Virus record (IMG/VR): IMGVR_UViG_3300028197_000002 | DNA: 64,000 nt | DNA from: a virus | Taxonomy: Duplodnaviria; Caudoviricetes | Reading direction: 5' to 3' (one strand) | Shown: positions 9,661-19,751 of the stretch, one piece after another | How positions within the stretch are numbered: the first letter of the stretch is position 1 | Layout of the letters: every line of letters starts with the position of its first letter | Made by a program: the position numbers and the translations under genes | The notes under the pieces: model-generated | Told to the model about the DNA's origin: nothing | Seen by the model: the letters and a program-made list of their open reading frames with translations, nothing else | Databases searched by the model: none

Positions 9661-10204
9661 GAGAAAAATTTTTATTGATGGTGGTGGAAATTGGAAGAGA
9701 ATTGTAGATAGATATCTTGCTTTGGCTGAATTCGATAAGATTTACGTTTTTGAACCTAATCCTATTTTCTATAATAGTTATGAAACAAGTGATTATGATT
9801 TAATTAAAAAGGCCATTTGGACAGAAGATACAAAGAGTAATTTTTTTATTAGTAAAGATGCAAATCAAGTTGCAAGTTCTTTACTTGAGGAAAAGTTGTG
9901 TAAAGTAGATGGAGGTCTTGTTTCAAATTATTGGTTTGATCCTATTGAAGTGGAATGTATAAATTTTTCTAAATGGATTTTTGAAAATTTCAACAAAGAA
10001 AAAGACGATATTACTTTAAAGCTTGATATAGAAGGAGCAGAGTATCGTGTTCTTCCACACATGATAGAAACAGGAGCGATAAATTTTTTAAATAAATTAT
10101 TTGTTGAATTTCATTTTGATACACTTCCTGACAAAAAGGGAATGGAATTAAAAATTGTAGAAGAAATTAAAAAAATGGGAATTGAGGTTTTAGATTGGGA
10201 TTAA
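9659..10204 (+). CDS. FkbM family methyltransferase
   Basis: IFIDGGGN, YVFEPNP, KKAIW, LKLDIEGAEY, LFVEFH. Confidence 0.85.
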   Translation: MRKIFIDGGGNWKRIVDRYLALAEFDKIYVFEPNPIFYNSYETSDYDLIKKAIWTEDTKSNFFISKDANQVASSLLEEKLCKVDGGLVSNYWFDPIEVECINFSKWIFENFNKEKDDITLKLDIEGAEYRVLPHMIETGAINFLNKLFVEFHFDTLPDKKGMELKIVEEIKKMGIEVLDWD

Positions 10205-10205
10205 T

Positions 10206-11018
10206 ATGGAAAAGAAATTATCTTTGATAAAAGAAGAAATGAATGTTTTTGGATTTTCTTGTTTGGGCAAAATGTTGTCTGATGAGGAAATTGGGTTTTT
10301 TCATTCTAATTTAATTGAAAATCATCATCGTCATATATCTAAACACGGAGAAGAAAAACTAAATAAATATAGTGAGCTTGAGTTTTTAAGAAATTGCGGA
10401 TCTTTTCATGAAAATTATTTAAAACTAATAGAATCTGATTGGTTAAACTCGACAATTAACTCAGTTTTAAATGAAAAAGCAATAATACATGGCTATCATG
10501 GAATAATGACAAACGAAAAAAGCAAAGACAGGGCTTCTGAAGAGAAGTTTTCTCCAATGAGATTTCATAGAGATTCTCCTTGGTTTAAAGATACAAGAAC
10601 TTGTGTTTTAGTTCTAATGCCTTTGACGGACTTTACAGAAGATAATGGTCCGACTGAATATGTTCCTTCAACTCATTTGTTGAAAGATAAACCTAGTGAT
10701 GATTTGTTAGAGTCTAATTCTAAAAAAATGTTGGGAAAAGCAGGAACTGTTTTTTTAATGGATGGAACCACATTTCACAGGGCAGGAATCAATAGTTCTG
10801 GCAAAATAAGACCTATGCTTCAAATGAATTGGACTTTGGCATTTATGAAGCAACAAATAGACATGTGGAGAGACAATTCTTTTGAAAATTGTTCTGATCT
10901 TGTTAAATCTAGATTAGGATACAATGTTAGAACTTATAATAATCCTGATGAAATGTATTGCGAAGAAAGGCGATGGAAGTCGGGAAACTATACCATGAAG
11001 AATACGGATGTTAGATGA
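10206..11018 (+). CDS. Phytanoyl-CoA dioxygenase-like 2OG-Fe(II) oxygenase
   Basis: FHRDS HxD, PLTDFTEDNGPTEYVPSTH, TFHRAGIN..R. Confidence 0.88.
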   Translation: MEKKLSLIKEEMNVFGFSCLGKMLSDEEIGFFHSNLIENHHRHISKHGEEKLNKYSELEFLRNCGSFHENYLKLIESDWLNSTINSVLNEKAIIHGYHGIMTNEKSKDRASEEKFSPMRFHRDSPWFKDTRTCVLVLMPLTDFTEDNGPTEYVPSTHLLKDKPSDDLLESNSKKMLGKAGTVFLMDGTTFHRAGINSSGKIRPMLQMNWTLAFMKQQIDMWRDNSFENCSDLVKSRLGYNVRTYNNPDEMYCEERRWKSGNYTMKNTDVR

Positions 11019-11881
11019 GTGATTTGAAGCGTGTTGAAGAATTAAGGTCGATATGTGAATTTAATCATGAGTTAAATAAAGATGGTTTTTGCACAAAAAT
11101 ATCTTTTTATGACGAAAATCATATTTTAGAAAACACAATTAGAAATCATCCTGATAAGAAAAAGATTGTAGAAATTGTTGCTTTGTTTCCAAAACTTAGG
11201 CATGTTAATCTTAGAAAGTGTCGAGTAGGTTTTTTCCCTAAGTTTGAATCTAAAGATATTGAATATCTTGATGTGAGTTGTAACGATATAGAAAAAATTC
11301 CAAATTTAGATTTTATGAATTTGATTTTTTTTAATTGTGGGTCGAACAATATCGAGACTCTCCCAGAGTTAAGTCATATGCCCTTGTTAGTTTTTAAGGC
11401 TCACAAGAATCCTTTAAAGGAAATTCCATTGCTCCCAAATTCATTAGAAACATTGAATTTGTTTTTGTCTTATAAATTAAAAACAATTCCAAGTTTTATT
11501 TGTGATTTGAAAAAATTACGACATTTTACTTTGTCCTGTTTTGATCTTTCTCGAAATGATTTTTATTTTAGCTTTAAAAAGCTTGAGTGGTTGAGTTTGT
11601 CATATTGTAATATTCATTCGTTAAGTAATTCGATATGTAGTCTTGAAAATTTAAAAGGTTTAATATTACCTAAGAATAAGATTAAAAAACTACCTGAAGA
11701 AATAGGATCTTTGAGTAAAATGAAAGATTTGTCTTTGTATAAAAATGATTTGTTTGAGATTCCTGATTCATTTTTTGAATTAAATTTAAATAAGTTGTCT
11801 TTAGAGCATAATTGTTTGTCGAATGAGAGTAAAAATAAATTGTTTTCAAGATATAAAGAGATAGAAATTTTAAAATTATGA
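11015..11881 (+). CDS. Leucine-rich repeat protein
   Basis: Repeated LxxLxLxxN units, e.g. LKGLILPKNKIKKLPEEIGSLSKMKDLSLYKNDL. Confidence 0.88.
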   Translation: MSDLKRVEELRSICEFNHELNKDGFCTKISFYDENHILENTIRNHPDKKKIVEIVALFPKLRHVNLRKCRVGFFPKFESKDIEYLDVSCNDIEKIPNLDFMNLIFFNCGSNNIETLPELSHMPLLVFKAHKNPLKEIPLLPNSLETLNLFLSYKLKTIPSFICDLKKLRHFTLSCFDLSRNDFYFSFKKLEWLSLSYCNIHSLSNSICSLENLKGLILPKNKIKKLPEEIGSLSKMKDLSLYKNDLFEIPDSFFELNLNKLSLEHNCLSNESKNKLFSRYKEIEILKL

Positions 11882-13041
11882 AAAAAATATTGTTTATAGC
11901 GGGTGGTATTTGGCAAAAGTCTTTTGTTCAATATTTAAAAAATAAAGGCAATCACATTTCGATTGTCAATCCTGTATCTACTCCTACAACTGAGTTGTGC
12001 GATTATCACTTAGAGTGCGATGTAAACAATTCAGAAGAGATAGAAAAATTTATTTTAGATAAGAATCCGGACATAATAACATCTGACCAGTCAGATATTT
12101 CAACAGCAATAGTATCTAGCTTAAGTTATAAATTTAACTTGCCTTGCAATCCTCCTAGCGTCATACGCAAATTCACAGATAAATATGAAATTTTTAATTT
12201 TGCATCTTCAATTGGAGTTCGAGTTCCAAAAACAAAATTGGTCAAATCATTAATAGATGTTTTAGATTTTGATTGTGAGTTTCCAATTATAATTAAGCCT
12301 GTTGATTCCACTATGAGCAGGGGATTTGTCAAAATCAATTCTTCAAAAGATGTCGATGAAGATTTACTAGCTCATTCTTTAAAGTTCTCTAAGTCAAAAA
12401 CTTTAGTGGCACAAGAGTTTATAGATGGGGACATGGTGACGTTGGAAGGAGTTTGTTCTGGTTCAAAACACAGAACTTTAGCTGTTTCCCGAAAAAGAAA
12501 AGAAGAGTACTTTAAAGCCGGAATAGTATCAGATGTAAGATACCCAGCAGATTACGACTATAAGTTTTTAGATGAAATTATTTCTTTAAATGATAGGTAT
12601 GTTGAGGAATCTGGTATGATTTTTGGCCTTACTCATAGTGAGTTTATTGTTAAAGAACAAGACATTTGTCTAATAGAGTCGGGAGCAAGAGGAGGAGGAG
12701 CAGGCATAGCTAGTGAAATTGTGCCTTGGGTTTCTGGAGTGGATTCTTATGATATTTTTTATAGAAGTCTGATGGGAGAAGTAGTAGATGTTAAGTCTCT
12801 TCAATTGCAAGAAAGATCTGCTTTGTTGAGATATTATAGAAAAGAAGATGTGAACGAAGATCAGGCAAAAAGAATAGCTAAATTAGAAGGGTGTAAGCTT
12901 TTTTCTTATAATTTTACTGGCACTCAATTTCAACCTGATGTTAATGATTGTCGTTATTCTATGGCGATATATTTAACAGAAAATGATAAGGAAATGAAGT
13001 TGGTTCAAGAAAATATTAATAATATTATTAATATATTTTAA
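11878..13041 (+). CDS. ATP-grasp domain protein
   Basis: TDKYEI, FPIIIKPVDSTMSRG, QEFIDG, HSEFIV, IESGARGGG. Confidence 0.88.
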   Translation: MKKILFIAGGIWQKSFVQYLKNKGNHISIVNPVSTPTTELCDYHLECDVNNSEEIEKFILDKNPDIITSDQSDISTAIVSSLSYKFNLPCNPPSVIRKFTDKYEIFNFASSIGVRVPKTKLVKSLIDVLDFDCEFPIIIKPVDSTMSRGFVKINSSKDVDEDLLAHSLKFSKSKTLVAQEFIDGDMVTLEGVCSGSKHRTLAVSRKRKEEYFKAGIVSDVRYPADYDYKFLDEIISLNDRYVEESGMIFGLTHSEFIVKEQDICLIESGARGGGAGIASEIVPWVSGVDSYDIFYRSLMGEVVDVKSLQLQERSALLRYYRKEDVNEDQAKRIAKLEGCKLFSYNFTGTQFQPDVNDCRYSMAIYLTENDKEMKLVQENINNIINIF

Positions 13042-13151
13042 AGTAATTTTTACCGAAGACAGGCGGATCTTCAATAGAAAAGTTTTTTAACATTTATGGT
13101 CACGATAATATGAACAAAAACAATTTTATTTTCGTGAGATATTGGCATTTT

Positions 13152-13880
13152 TTATTTTCTAATTCTAGTAACTTTTATTGGAAATTGTTGTGTTTCTTTT
13201 GAATACCCCATTGTTTTGCATATTAAAGACCAAGTTCCAGTATCCCATACATGTCTTATGAAATTAGGATAATTTGGAAAGATAGAAATAATATCATTAT
13301 TGAATAAATCTGGTCTTTCTTTTGCAATGTCCCACCATTTTTCGTACATTTTCAAACTGTGTTTGCATTTTTTTATGAAGTGAGTGCTACATTGAAATTT
13401 TTTTGTGTTGAAAAAAACAGGATCATTTTCTACATTAAAGTATTTGAAAACATCTCCTTTGCAATATTCGGATTCTAAATGATTGTTTCTAGATACAAGC
13501 ACGCCTTTTTCGTCTTGTAAAAAAATAAAAGAAGAATAAAAATTTTTTCTATTCTTGCTCATTAAAGTTGAACCTGCATCTGCATAAACTAAAATATCAT
13601 TTTCTGATAGAGTGTTGAGTAGATGTTTGTAAATAATATATGGCTTCCATATGTAACATCCTCCACCTTTTATTGTTTCAAAAGCTTTTTTAAATTGAAT
13701 ATTTTTTAATGCATTTTTAAATTCTTTTTCTTTTTCAATTTCTCTAGTTTCTAAAATGCATTTAGAAAATATTTTCATATTGATGGCTTCTTTTATTATT
13801 CTTTCTCTAGATTCTTTAAATCTATCATCGCCATAAGTTAAAAAAAATACTGAATTTTTATTATTTTTAATTTTTATCAT
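13152..13880 (-). CDS. Putative glycosyltransferase (phage/giant-virus type)
   Basis: GGGCYIWKPYII..DILVYADAG DxD motif. Confidence 0.55.
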   Translation of the reverse strand: MIKIKNNKNSVFFLTYGDDRFKESRERIIKEAINMKIFSKCILETREIEKEKEFKNALKNIQFKKAFETIKGGGCYIWKPYIIYKHLLNTLSENDILVYADAGSTLMSKNRKNFYSSFIFLQDEKGVLVSRNNHLESEYCKGDVFKYFNVENDPVFFNTKKFQCSTHFIKKCKHSLKMYEKWWDIAKERPDLFNNDIISIFPNYPNFIRHVWDTGTWSLICKTMGYSKETQQFPIKVTRIRK

Positions 13881-14428
13881 TTAAACAACTTTATTATTTT
13901 TATTTTTTTATACCTATTATTTATTTTTTCTTTTTTTAAAAAATTAGATATAGATTTTTTATTGTAATTTTCTATTATGTGACTTAAAATTAATTCTAGA
14001 TTTAAATTTGGTTCTAAAATTAGTTTTTCATAATCTATTTTTAATATATTTTCATTTGAATTTTCAACCCATTTGTTGATAAATCCATTGTAATATTTCT
14101 TTTTTTCATTAAAAAAATTTAAGTAATCAATCACATCTGAATTTTTTATTAATATTGATTTGTTTGTGTTGTGTCTATAGAAAGAATTTAGTTGTTTTTC
14201 AATGTTTGATCTATAAAGCACTATGAACTTTTCGCTTTTTTTTATTTCTAAATTTAAATTCCAATCATGATTTTTTTGAAAAATACAATTATTTACGCAT
14301 GGAATTTTCATGCAATGATTATAATAATCGCAATAGCTATAATTTAAATTATTTTCTTTATGGTAAAAATTTAAAAATCTTTCGATTAAGTGTTGTCCGC
14401 TTCTTGGAAAGGATACTATTTTGATCAT
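13877..14428 (-). CDS. Sulfotransferase domain protein
   Basis: IVSFPRSGQHL, KNHD, LYRS, IDYEKL. Confidence 0.7.
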   Translation of the reverse strand: MIKIVSFPRSGQHLIERFLNFYHKENNLNYSYCDYYNHCMKIPCVNNCIFQKNHDWNLNLEIKKSEKFIVLYRSNIEKQLNSFYRHNTNKSILIKNSDVIDYLNFFNEKKKYYNGFINKWVENSNENILKIDYEKLILEPNLNLELILSHIIENYNKKSISNFLKKEKINNRYKKIKIIKLFK

Positions 14429-14466
14429 ATTTATATAAATTAGTTGTATTACTATATTTATATGAC

Positions 14467-15279
14467 ATGTTGAAGATTAAAAAAATTTTGTGTTGTTTTG
14501 CTTTTGGTGGTTTGAATGATGTGATGTGTCAAACTTTGAAAGCGTTTGATTATTGTGTAAAGCATAAAAGAAAGCTTCTTTTAGACACAAAGCAATCTAG
14601 ACTTGAGAGGGATATAGCAGACTATTTTAATTTAGAAAGCGATATATTTTTAAAAAACGTTCATCCTCCAAAAATTACTTTTCAATATAGAAGTTCTGGA
14701 ATTTGCAGCGAGGCAGGGGATTATTATAAAGTTGATTACAATAAAAAGTATGGCGATTTTTTGTTGATTAATGCAAATAATAATGAAACTTGCGATGTTG
14801 CAAATATATTTTTCAAAACGTTTAGTATGAAAAGTTTTCTTTTAGATTTGATACGTGAAAGGCTATCCTGTCTCCCAGAAGATTACATATCTGTTCACGT
14901 AAGAAATACAGATTACTCTTCTGATGTTTATGATTTTTTAAAAAATAATAAACATCATTTTGTCAGAAAGAATATTTTTTTGGCATCTGATAATACAGAA
15001 ACATTATCTTTTTTAAAAAAAGAATTTGAAATTATTGGATCTAATGTTTTTTCTTTTTCTAACATACCAAAATTTGATTCTAGTTTTAAAGGAGGAATAC
15101 ACAAGTATAAAGTTGAAGATAAAGACAGTCTCAATATAGATGCTATTTCTGATTTGGTTTTATTGTCTTTAGGAAACAGATACTATTTTGCCCCAAGTAG
15201 ATCTTGGTATTCTTTGAGTGCTAAAAAAATGCATGAAGACAAAGATTTTAAAATGAAATTTTTAGATCAACTAATTTAA
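14467..15279 (+). CDS. O-fucosyltransferase/NodZ-like GT-B protein
   Basis: GGLND, SVHVRNTDY, IFLASDN, AISDLVLLS. Confidence 0.65.
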   Translation: MLKIKKILCCFAFGGLNDVMCQTLKAFDYCVKHKRKLLLDTKQSRLERDIADYFNLESDIFLKNVHPPKITFQYRSSGICSEAGDYYKVDYNKKYGDFLLINANNNETCDVANIFFKTFSMKSFLLDLIRERLSCLPEDYISVHVRNTDYSSDVYDFLKNNKHHFVRKNIFLASDNTETLSFLKKEFEIIGSNVFSFSNIPKFDSSFKGGIHKYKVEDKDSLNIDAISDLVLLSLGNRYYFAPSRSWYSLSAKKMHEDKDFKMKFLDQLI

Positions 15280-16164
15280 TAAAATTTTATATTGTTTAAT
15301 TTTTCTTAAAGCATATCTTCCTGTTTGATTTATATTTATTTGATTTTCATATAAACCTTGTCTATTGTCCATTAAATGTAAAAAAATAGGTTCGTTTGAT
15401 GTAGAATTTTCGTATTCGAATGTGGTTTTTCCATTTTCTTTTGTTATTTTATTTATAAGTTTTTTGTTATGATGTGGCAAAAAACAATCATAACAATTAT
15501 ATTTTTGTGGATTCAATATGTTTAAAGGAATATTTAATTTTTTCATTGAATTGGCTAAGGCAACTTGCCCCGTGTAATACTTGAATTTTTTTTCTAGAGT
15601 TGGATAGCTATGAAATAGCTCGGTGCCAATGTCTATTAAATATTTGGATGGAACGACTACGAATCCAAAATTTATATAATATTTATTTAGTGTTTTTTCT
15701 GATATTCCTATTTTATTTAGTTCAGTTCTATTTACATAAGAATTATCTAATGCGATGCATCCGTGCATTTTATTTTTGTCTAAACTAAATACCTCATCTA
15801 GACTATTGCAGCATAACATATCTACATCAATCATAATGCAAATTTCTGATTTTGGTTTTATGAACCATCTACATGGCAAGCCCAATTCCCAGAAGTAAGG
15901 ACAATAAATAAATTCAACATTTTCTCTAACTATTCTTGAGTTTTTGAATTTTGTTATTTTTTCTATTTCTTCGTATTTAATTTTTTTCATGCCGAATTTA
16001 TTCGTAATCTCAGCATTATTTTCTTTTTTTTCTCCTTGAAAAATACAAGAAAAGTAAGTTTTATTTGAGCAATTTATTTTTATTGATTGAACTAGGTTTT
16101 CTAATCCTTTGAACATCCAATTGTTATTGCTCAACATCATTATAAAGTGAACTGAGTCGGGCAT
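15271..16164 (-). CDS. Putative GT8-like glycosyltransferase
   Basis: MIDVDM DxD, YINFGFVVVP, GQVAL. Confidence 0.6.
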   Translation of the reverse strand: MPDSVHFIMMLSNNNWMFKGLENLVQSIKINCSNKTYFSCIFQGEKKENNAEITNKFGMKKIKYEEIEKITKFKNSRIVRENVEFIYCPYFWELGLPCRWFIKPKSEICIMIDVDMLCCNSLDEVFSLDKNKMHGCIALDNSYVNRTELNKIGISEKTLNKYYINFGFVVVPSKYLIDIGTELFHSYPTLEKKFKYYTGQVALANSMKKLNIPLNILNPQKYNCYDCFLPHHNKKLINKITKENGKTTFEYENSTSNEPIFLHLMDNRQGLYENQININQTGRYALRKIKQYKILLN

Positions 16165-16227
16165 TTTTTTATATTTCTTTTACTATTATACTTTTGTGTC
16201 TTATATGAGTAAAAGGAATAATTTTTA

Positions 16228-17118
16228 ATGACTTACCAAGAAGAAATTAATAAAATTTTGAGTTCTGATATAGATCCTCAAGAAAAGTTAAACGCAATAG
16301 AAAATCTTAAAAAAGAAGTTCCAGAGACGGAAGACTCGGAGTTTGAAAAATTAAAAAAAATATTAAATTCAGATGAATGGCCCGAAGCTGTTTTAGAATT
16401 TCAAATAGCAGACGACACTTCTGAAGAAGATAAGATCGACAGAGCAGAAGGAATAGTTGACATACTAATTGAAGAATCATTAGAAAACAAAAAATTTCTT
16501 GATTTTGGTTGCGGAGAAGGACATGCTGCCAAATATGCTTCTGAAGATTCCGCTATTTCAGTAGGTTATGATATTGAAAAACAAGGATCTTTAGAATGGG
16601 AAAATGATGAAAAATTTCTTTTAACTACTGATTTTGAAAAAGTAAAAGCAAAAGGTCCTTTTGATGCAATTCTTATTTATGATGTTTTAGATCATGCTGA
16701 AAATCCTGTCGAAGTTTTAAATCAAGCTAGTTCCGTTTTAAAAAATAATGGAACCATATATTTAAGATGTCATCCTTGGTCGAGTAGGCATGGAGGTCAT
16801 GCGTATAGAAAAATAAATAAGGCATTTGTTCATTTGGTTTTTTCTAAAGAAGAGTTGAAAAACTTAGGAATAGATAATGGTCATAACAATAAAGTCTTAT
16901 TTCCTATTGCGACTTACAATGGTATTCTCGCAGAAGTACCGGGGTTATCTGCAAAAGATCCTGATATCGAAGAACAGGAAGTCGAACCATTTTTTAAGAA
17001 CAATGAATTAGTTAGAAAAAGAATACTACAAGTATTTGGTAGAAAAAATTGGGAAGAAGCTTGCCCTTCATTTCAAATGGGTCAATGTTTTTTAGATTAT
17101 GTCATTAAGGCCAAGTAA
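16228..17118 (+). CDS. Class I SAM-dependent methyltransferase with N-terminal helical extension
   Basis: FLDFGCGEG, VGYDI, FDAILIYDVLDH, LKNNG. Confidence 0.8.
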   Translation: MTYQEEINKILSSDIDPQEKLNAIENLKKEVPETEDSEFEKLKKILNSDEWPEAVLEFQIADDTSEEDKIDRAEGIVDILIEESLENKKFLDFGCGEGHAAKYASEDSAISVGYDIEKQGSLEWENDEKFLLTTDFEKVKAKGPFDAILIYDVLDHAENPVEVLNQASSVLKNNGTIYLRCHPWSSRHGGHAYRKINKAFVHLVFSKEELKNLGIDNGHNNKVLFPIATYNGILAEVPGLSAKDPDIEEQEVEPFFKNNELVRKRILQVFGRKNWEEACPSFQMGQCFLDYVIKAK

Positions 17119-18074
17119 TGTCTAAGCCTTTGGTTAGATGGACCATAGGTAAGTCCAAGCAAAAAAGCTCATACAAAATATTGGACGTGTCTATTAGACA
17201 GATGATTAGTTTGTATTCTGATAGGTTTGACTATTGTGTTCTTTATAATCACATAGAAGAAAAAGACATTCTTTTTTTGAAAGAAAAATACCCAAATGTA
17301 GTTTTTACAAAACAAAATTGGAAACTTTTTCCTGTCAATTTAAGTCGTCCTTCTGATGTGGGCGTGGGCGAGCACAATCAAATAATAAATGGTAGTTTCT
17401 GGAAAATTTGTCCGCCTCGACTGAACCCAGTTGGGCATGAAATCTTTCTTGACAATGATTTGGTTTTTTTAAAAAGACCAAAAGCAATAGAAGATTTTCT
17501 TTCTAGTAAAGATAAAAATTTAATTATAAGAGATTCAAATGTTTACTTAGGAAAGTATCAAGGTTTATTTGAGAATGAAAAACAAGGTTATAACTCGGGA
17601 GTAATAGGACTTCGTCCAAATTATAATTTTGAAAATCATATAGTTGAAAATTCAGGTTTTTTAGATGATGTTAATGACTATGGTGATGAACAAGGTTTGT
17701 TAATGTATGTTTTATATAAAACAAATCCAATAATAGGTTCTTCCGAGAGTTTTGTTGGAATTCACCCGGACAAATTGTTTTTAAATGGCATTTCTGATTC
17801 TAGGTATGAGCATTTAAAAAAAGAAGATTTAGATAAAAAAAAATTTTTGCAATTTTATTTAGATGAAAAGACAGGAAGTTGGAAGAATTTTAATGACTTT
17901 CAAAGTTTTGAAAGTGAAATGAATATTACCGCTCCATTTGGGAAACTCATATCGAAAGAAGAAACTCTTAGAATTTTGAGAGAAACTTTTTCAAATGCTG
18001 ACGTTGTTCATTTTTTAAAGTCGAATAGACTTTCTCATTTTCCTTGGAATTATTTTCGATTTAAATTTATATAA
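17118..18074 (+). CDS. Putative glycosyltransferase (PPRL paralog family)
   Basis: RWTIG, FWKICPPRL, HEIFLDND, YNSGVIGL, DEQGL. Confidence 0.6.
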   Translation: MSKPLVRWTIGKSKQKSSYKILDVSIRQMISLYSDRFDYCVLYNHIEEKDILFLKEKYPNVVFTKQNWKLFPVNLSRPSDVGVGEHNQIINGSFWKICPPRLNPVGHEIFLDNDLVFLKRPKAIEDFLSSKDKNLIIRDSNVYLGKYQGLFENEKQGYNSGVIGLRPNYNFENHIVENSGFLDDVNDYGDEQGLLMYVLYKTNPIIGSSESFVGIHPDKLFLNGISDSRYEHLKKEDLDKKKFLQFYLDEKTGSWKNFNDFQSFESEMNITAPFGKLISKEETLRILRETFSNADVVHFLKSNRLSHFPWNYFRFKFI

Positions 18075-18768
18075 AATTTTTATTTAATTCAAAGTCTTTT
18101 TTAAAAGCTTTTCGTATAAGTTTTTTATTTTCCGGTGTCAAATAGTCTTTGTAGTTATGGCCTCTTTTTCTATGGCTGTGATTTTCACAAACTATGTTTT
18201 TTAGGTTTATTTTATATTTTTTGTTTATTCTTTCAATTCCTTTTTCTATATGCTTTATGTTAATTAACTCGTTTATTTCTTTTGTTACAAATTGACCCGC
18301 TGAATGGCTGTAACAACTTAAACAATCGGCAGGTTTAATTCCTTTAATTCTTAATTTTAAAAAATTTTTAAAATTTTCACATTTTAATTTGCACTTATAC
18401 TTTTCATAAGTTTTTCCTGTTGATGCCGCAAGGTCTGGATTCAAGCGTGCCAATTTTGAAAAGGCTGTGTGTTGTACTTCTTTGCCATGTTTGTGGTGCA
18501 AATAACAACTAACTGCTCTTTCATATGGATTTCTATAAAATTGAATTTTTAAATATTCTTTAAATTCATCTCGATCAACAGGGATGTTAATTCGGATTTG
18601 CGAGTTAGTTATTGGTAACCGATGCGTTACTAAATGTGCTTTGAACCTTTTAGTTTTGTCATATGATTCAATGTTAGAATAATCTATAAAAATATTTTTA
18701 ACAGAAGTGCTTGCGCATTTTTGAGTTGTTATGAATATAATTTTTTTTTCGTCATTAATCAATATCAT
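18067..18768 (-). CDS. Sulfotransferase family 2 protein
   Basis: FITTQKCASTS and YRNPYERAVSCY. Confidence 0.8.
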   Translation of the reverse strand: MILINDEKKIIFITTQKCASTSVKNIFIDYSNIESYDKTKRFKAHLVTHRLPITNSQIRINIPVDRDEFKEYLKIQFYRNPYERAVSCYLHHKHGKEVQHTAFSKLARLNPDLAASTGKTYEKYKCKLKCENFKNFLKLRIKGIKPADCLSCYSHSAGQFVTKEINELINIKHIEKGIERINKKYKINLKNIVCENHSHRKRGHNYKDYLTPENKKLIRKAFKKDFELNKNFI

Positions 18769-18776
18769 TTTGAATC

Positions 18777-19751
18777 TTGCTGTTATTAACTATTATAATT
18801 TATCTATTATTGTTAAAAACAAAAAGGGTTTCGGTGGTAAACATAAAGTCTGACAAGCCAATTTTAAGATGGGTGCTAGGCCATTGTAACAAGCACAGTC
18901 TTTCTGTTTTAAATGCATCTATTAAGAGTGCTATTAACTTTTATGAATCAGAATTTAATTATTTTGTTCTTTATAACGAAGGAGTTGAAGAAGAAAAGTT
19001 AGGCCTGCTGAAGAATAAATACAAAAACGTAAATTTTTTAAAACAAGATTGGGCTAATCTGCCTTTTAATTTAAATAAGCCTTCGCATTTGGCCGCTGGT
19101 AGAGTCGATCAGGCTCCAAGCAACCAAGTGAATAATGGAAGTTTTTGGAAACTTTGTCCTCCAAGATTATCTTTAGGTGTTCATGAAATTCTTTTAGATA
19201 ATGACGTAGTATTTTTAAAAAGACCAGCTTTGATAGATGAATTTCTTAGTAGAAAGGATAAGAATTTAATAACAGAAGACACAGTATCTTATAATGGAAG
19301 TTTTGAAAAATATTTAGGTCGAGCATATAACGCTGGCATTGTAGGACTGAGGCCAGAATATGATTTCGAAAAAGATCTGTTAGAGAACTATGAACTTATT
19401 GATCAAACAAATGAATCTTATGCTGAAGAACAAGGTTTGACAATTTACACTTTATACAAAACTGATCCTTTAATTGGATCATGCAAAGATTTTGTTGGTC
19501 TTCATTGTGATAAAATCTTCTCATCTAATTTAAAAAAACATGAGAGCGAAATGAGAGAAGATTATTATTTGTTTGGGTCAAGGTTAGAGCCTTGGGATAC
19601 AAGAGTTTTATTTGAAGTTTTGTCTAATAAAAATTCTTGCAATTTGTTGAACCATGTTTTTTCAACCGCAGAGTCTATACATTTTTTAGGAGTAAATAGA
19701 AGAGAGAAGCATTTCGGATGGAATTTTTTCAAAAGTCTTAAAAAATGTTAG
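18777..19751 (+). CDS. Putative glycosyltransferase (PPRL paralog family)
   Basis: RWVLG, FWKLCPPRL, HEILLDND, YNAGIVGL, EEQGL; true start may be GTG near 18834. Confidence 0.6.
   Translation: MLLLTIIIYLLLLKTKRVSVVNIKSDKPILRWVLGHCNKHSLSVLNASIKSAINFYESEFNYFVLYNEGVEEEKLGLLKNKYKNVNFLKQDWANLPFNLNKPSHLAAGRVDQAPSNQVNNGSFWKLCPPRLSLGVHEILLDNDVVFLKRPALIDEFLSRKDKNLITEDTVSYNGSFEKYLGRAYNAGIVGLRPEYDFEKDLLENYELIDQTNESYAEEQGLTIYTLYKTDPLIGSCKDFVGLHCDKIFSSNLKKHESEMREDYYLFGSRLEPWDTRVLFEVLSNKNSCNLLNHVFSTAESIHFLGVNRREKHFGWNFFKSLKKC

Noticed and set aside
16228-16260. MTYQEEI as a fourth capsid-targeting leader
   Set aside because: Resembles MKTYQEF but lacks the aromatic/hydrophobic spacing and nearby (L/I)-x-E, and has no TAAATA immediately upstream
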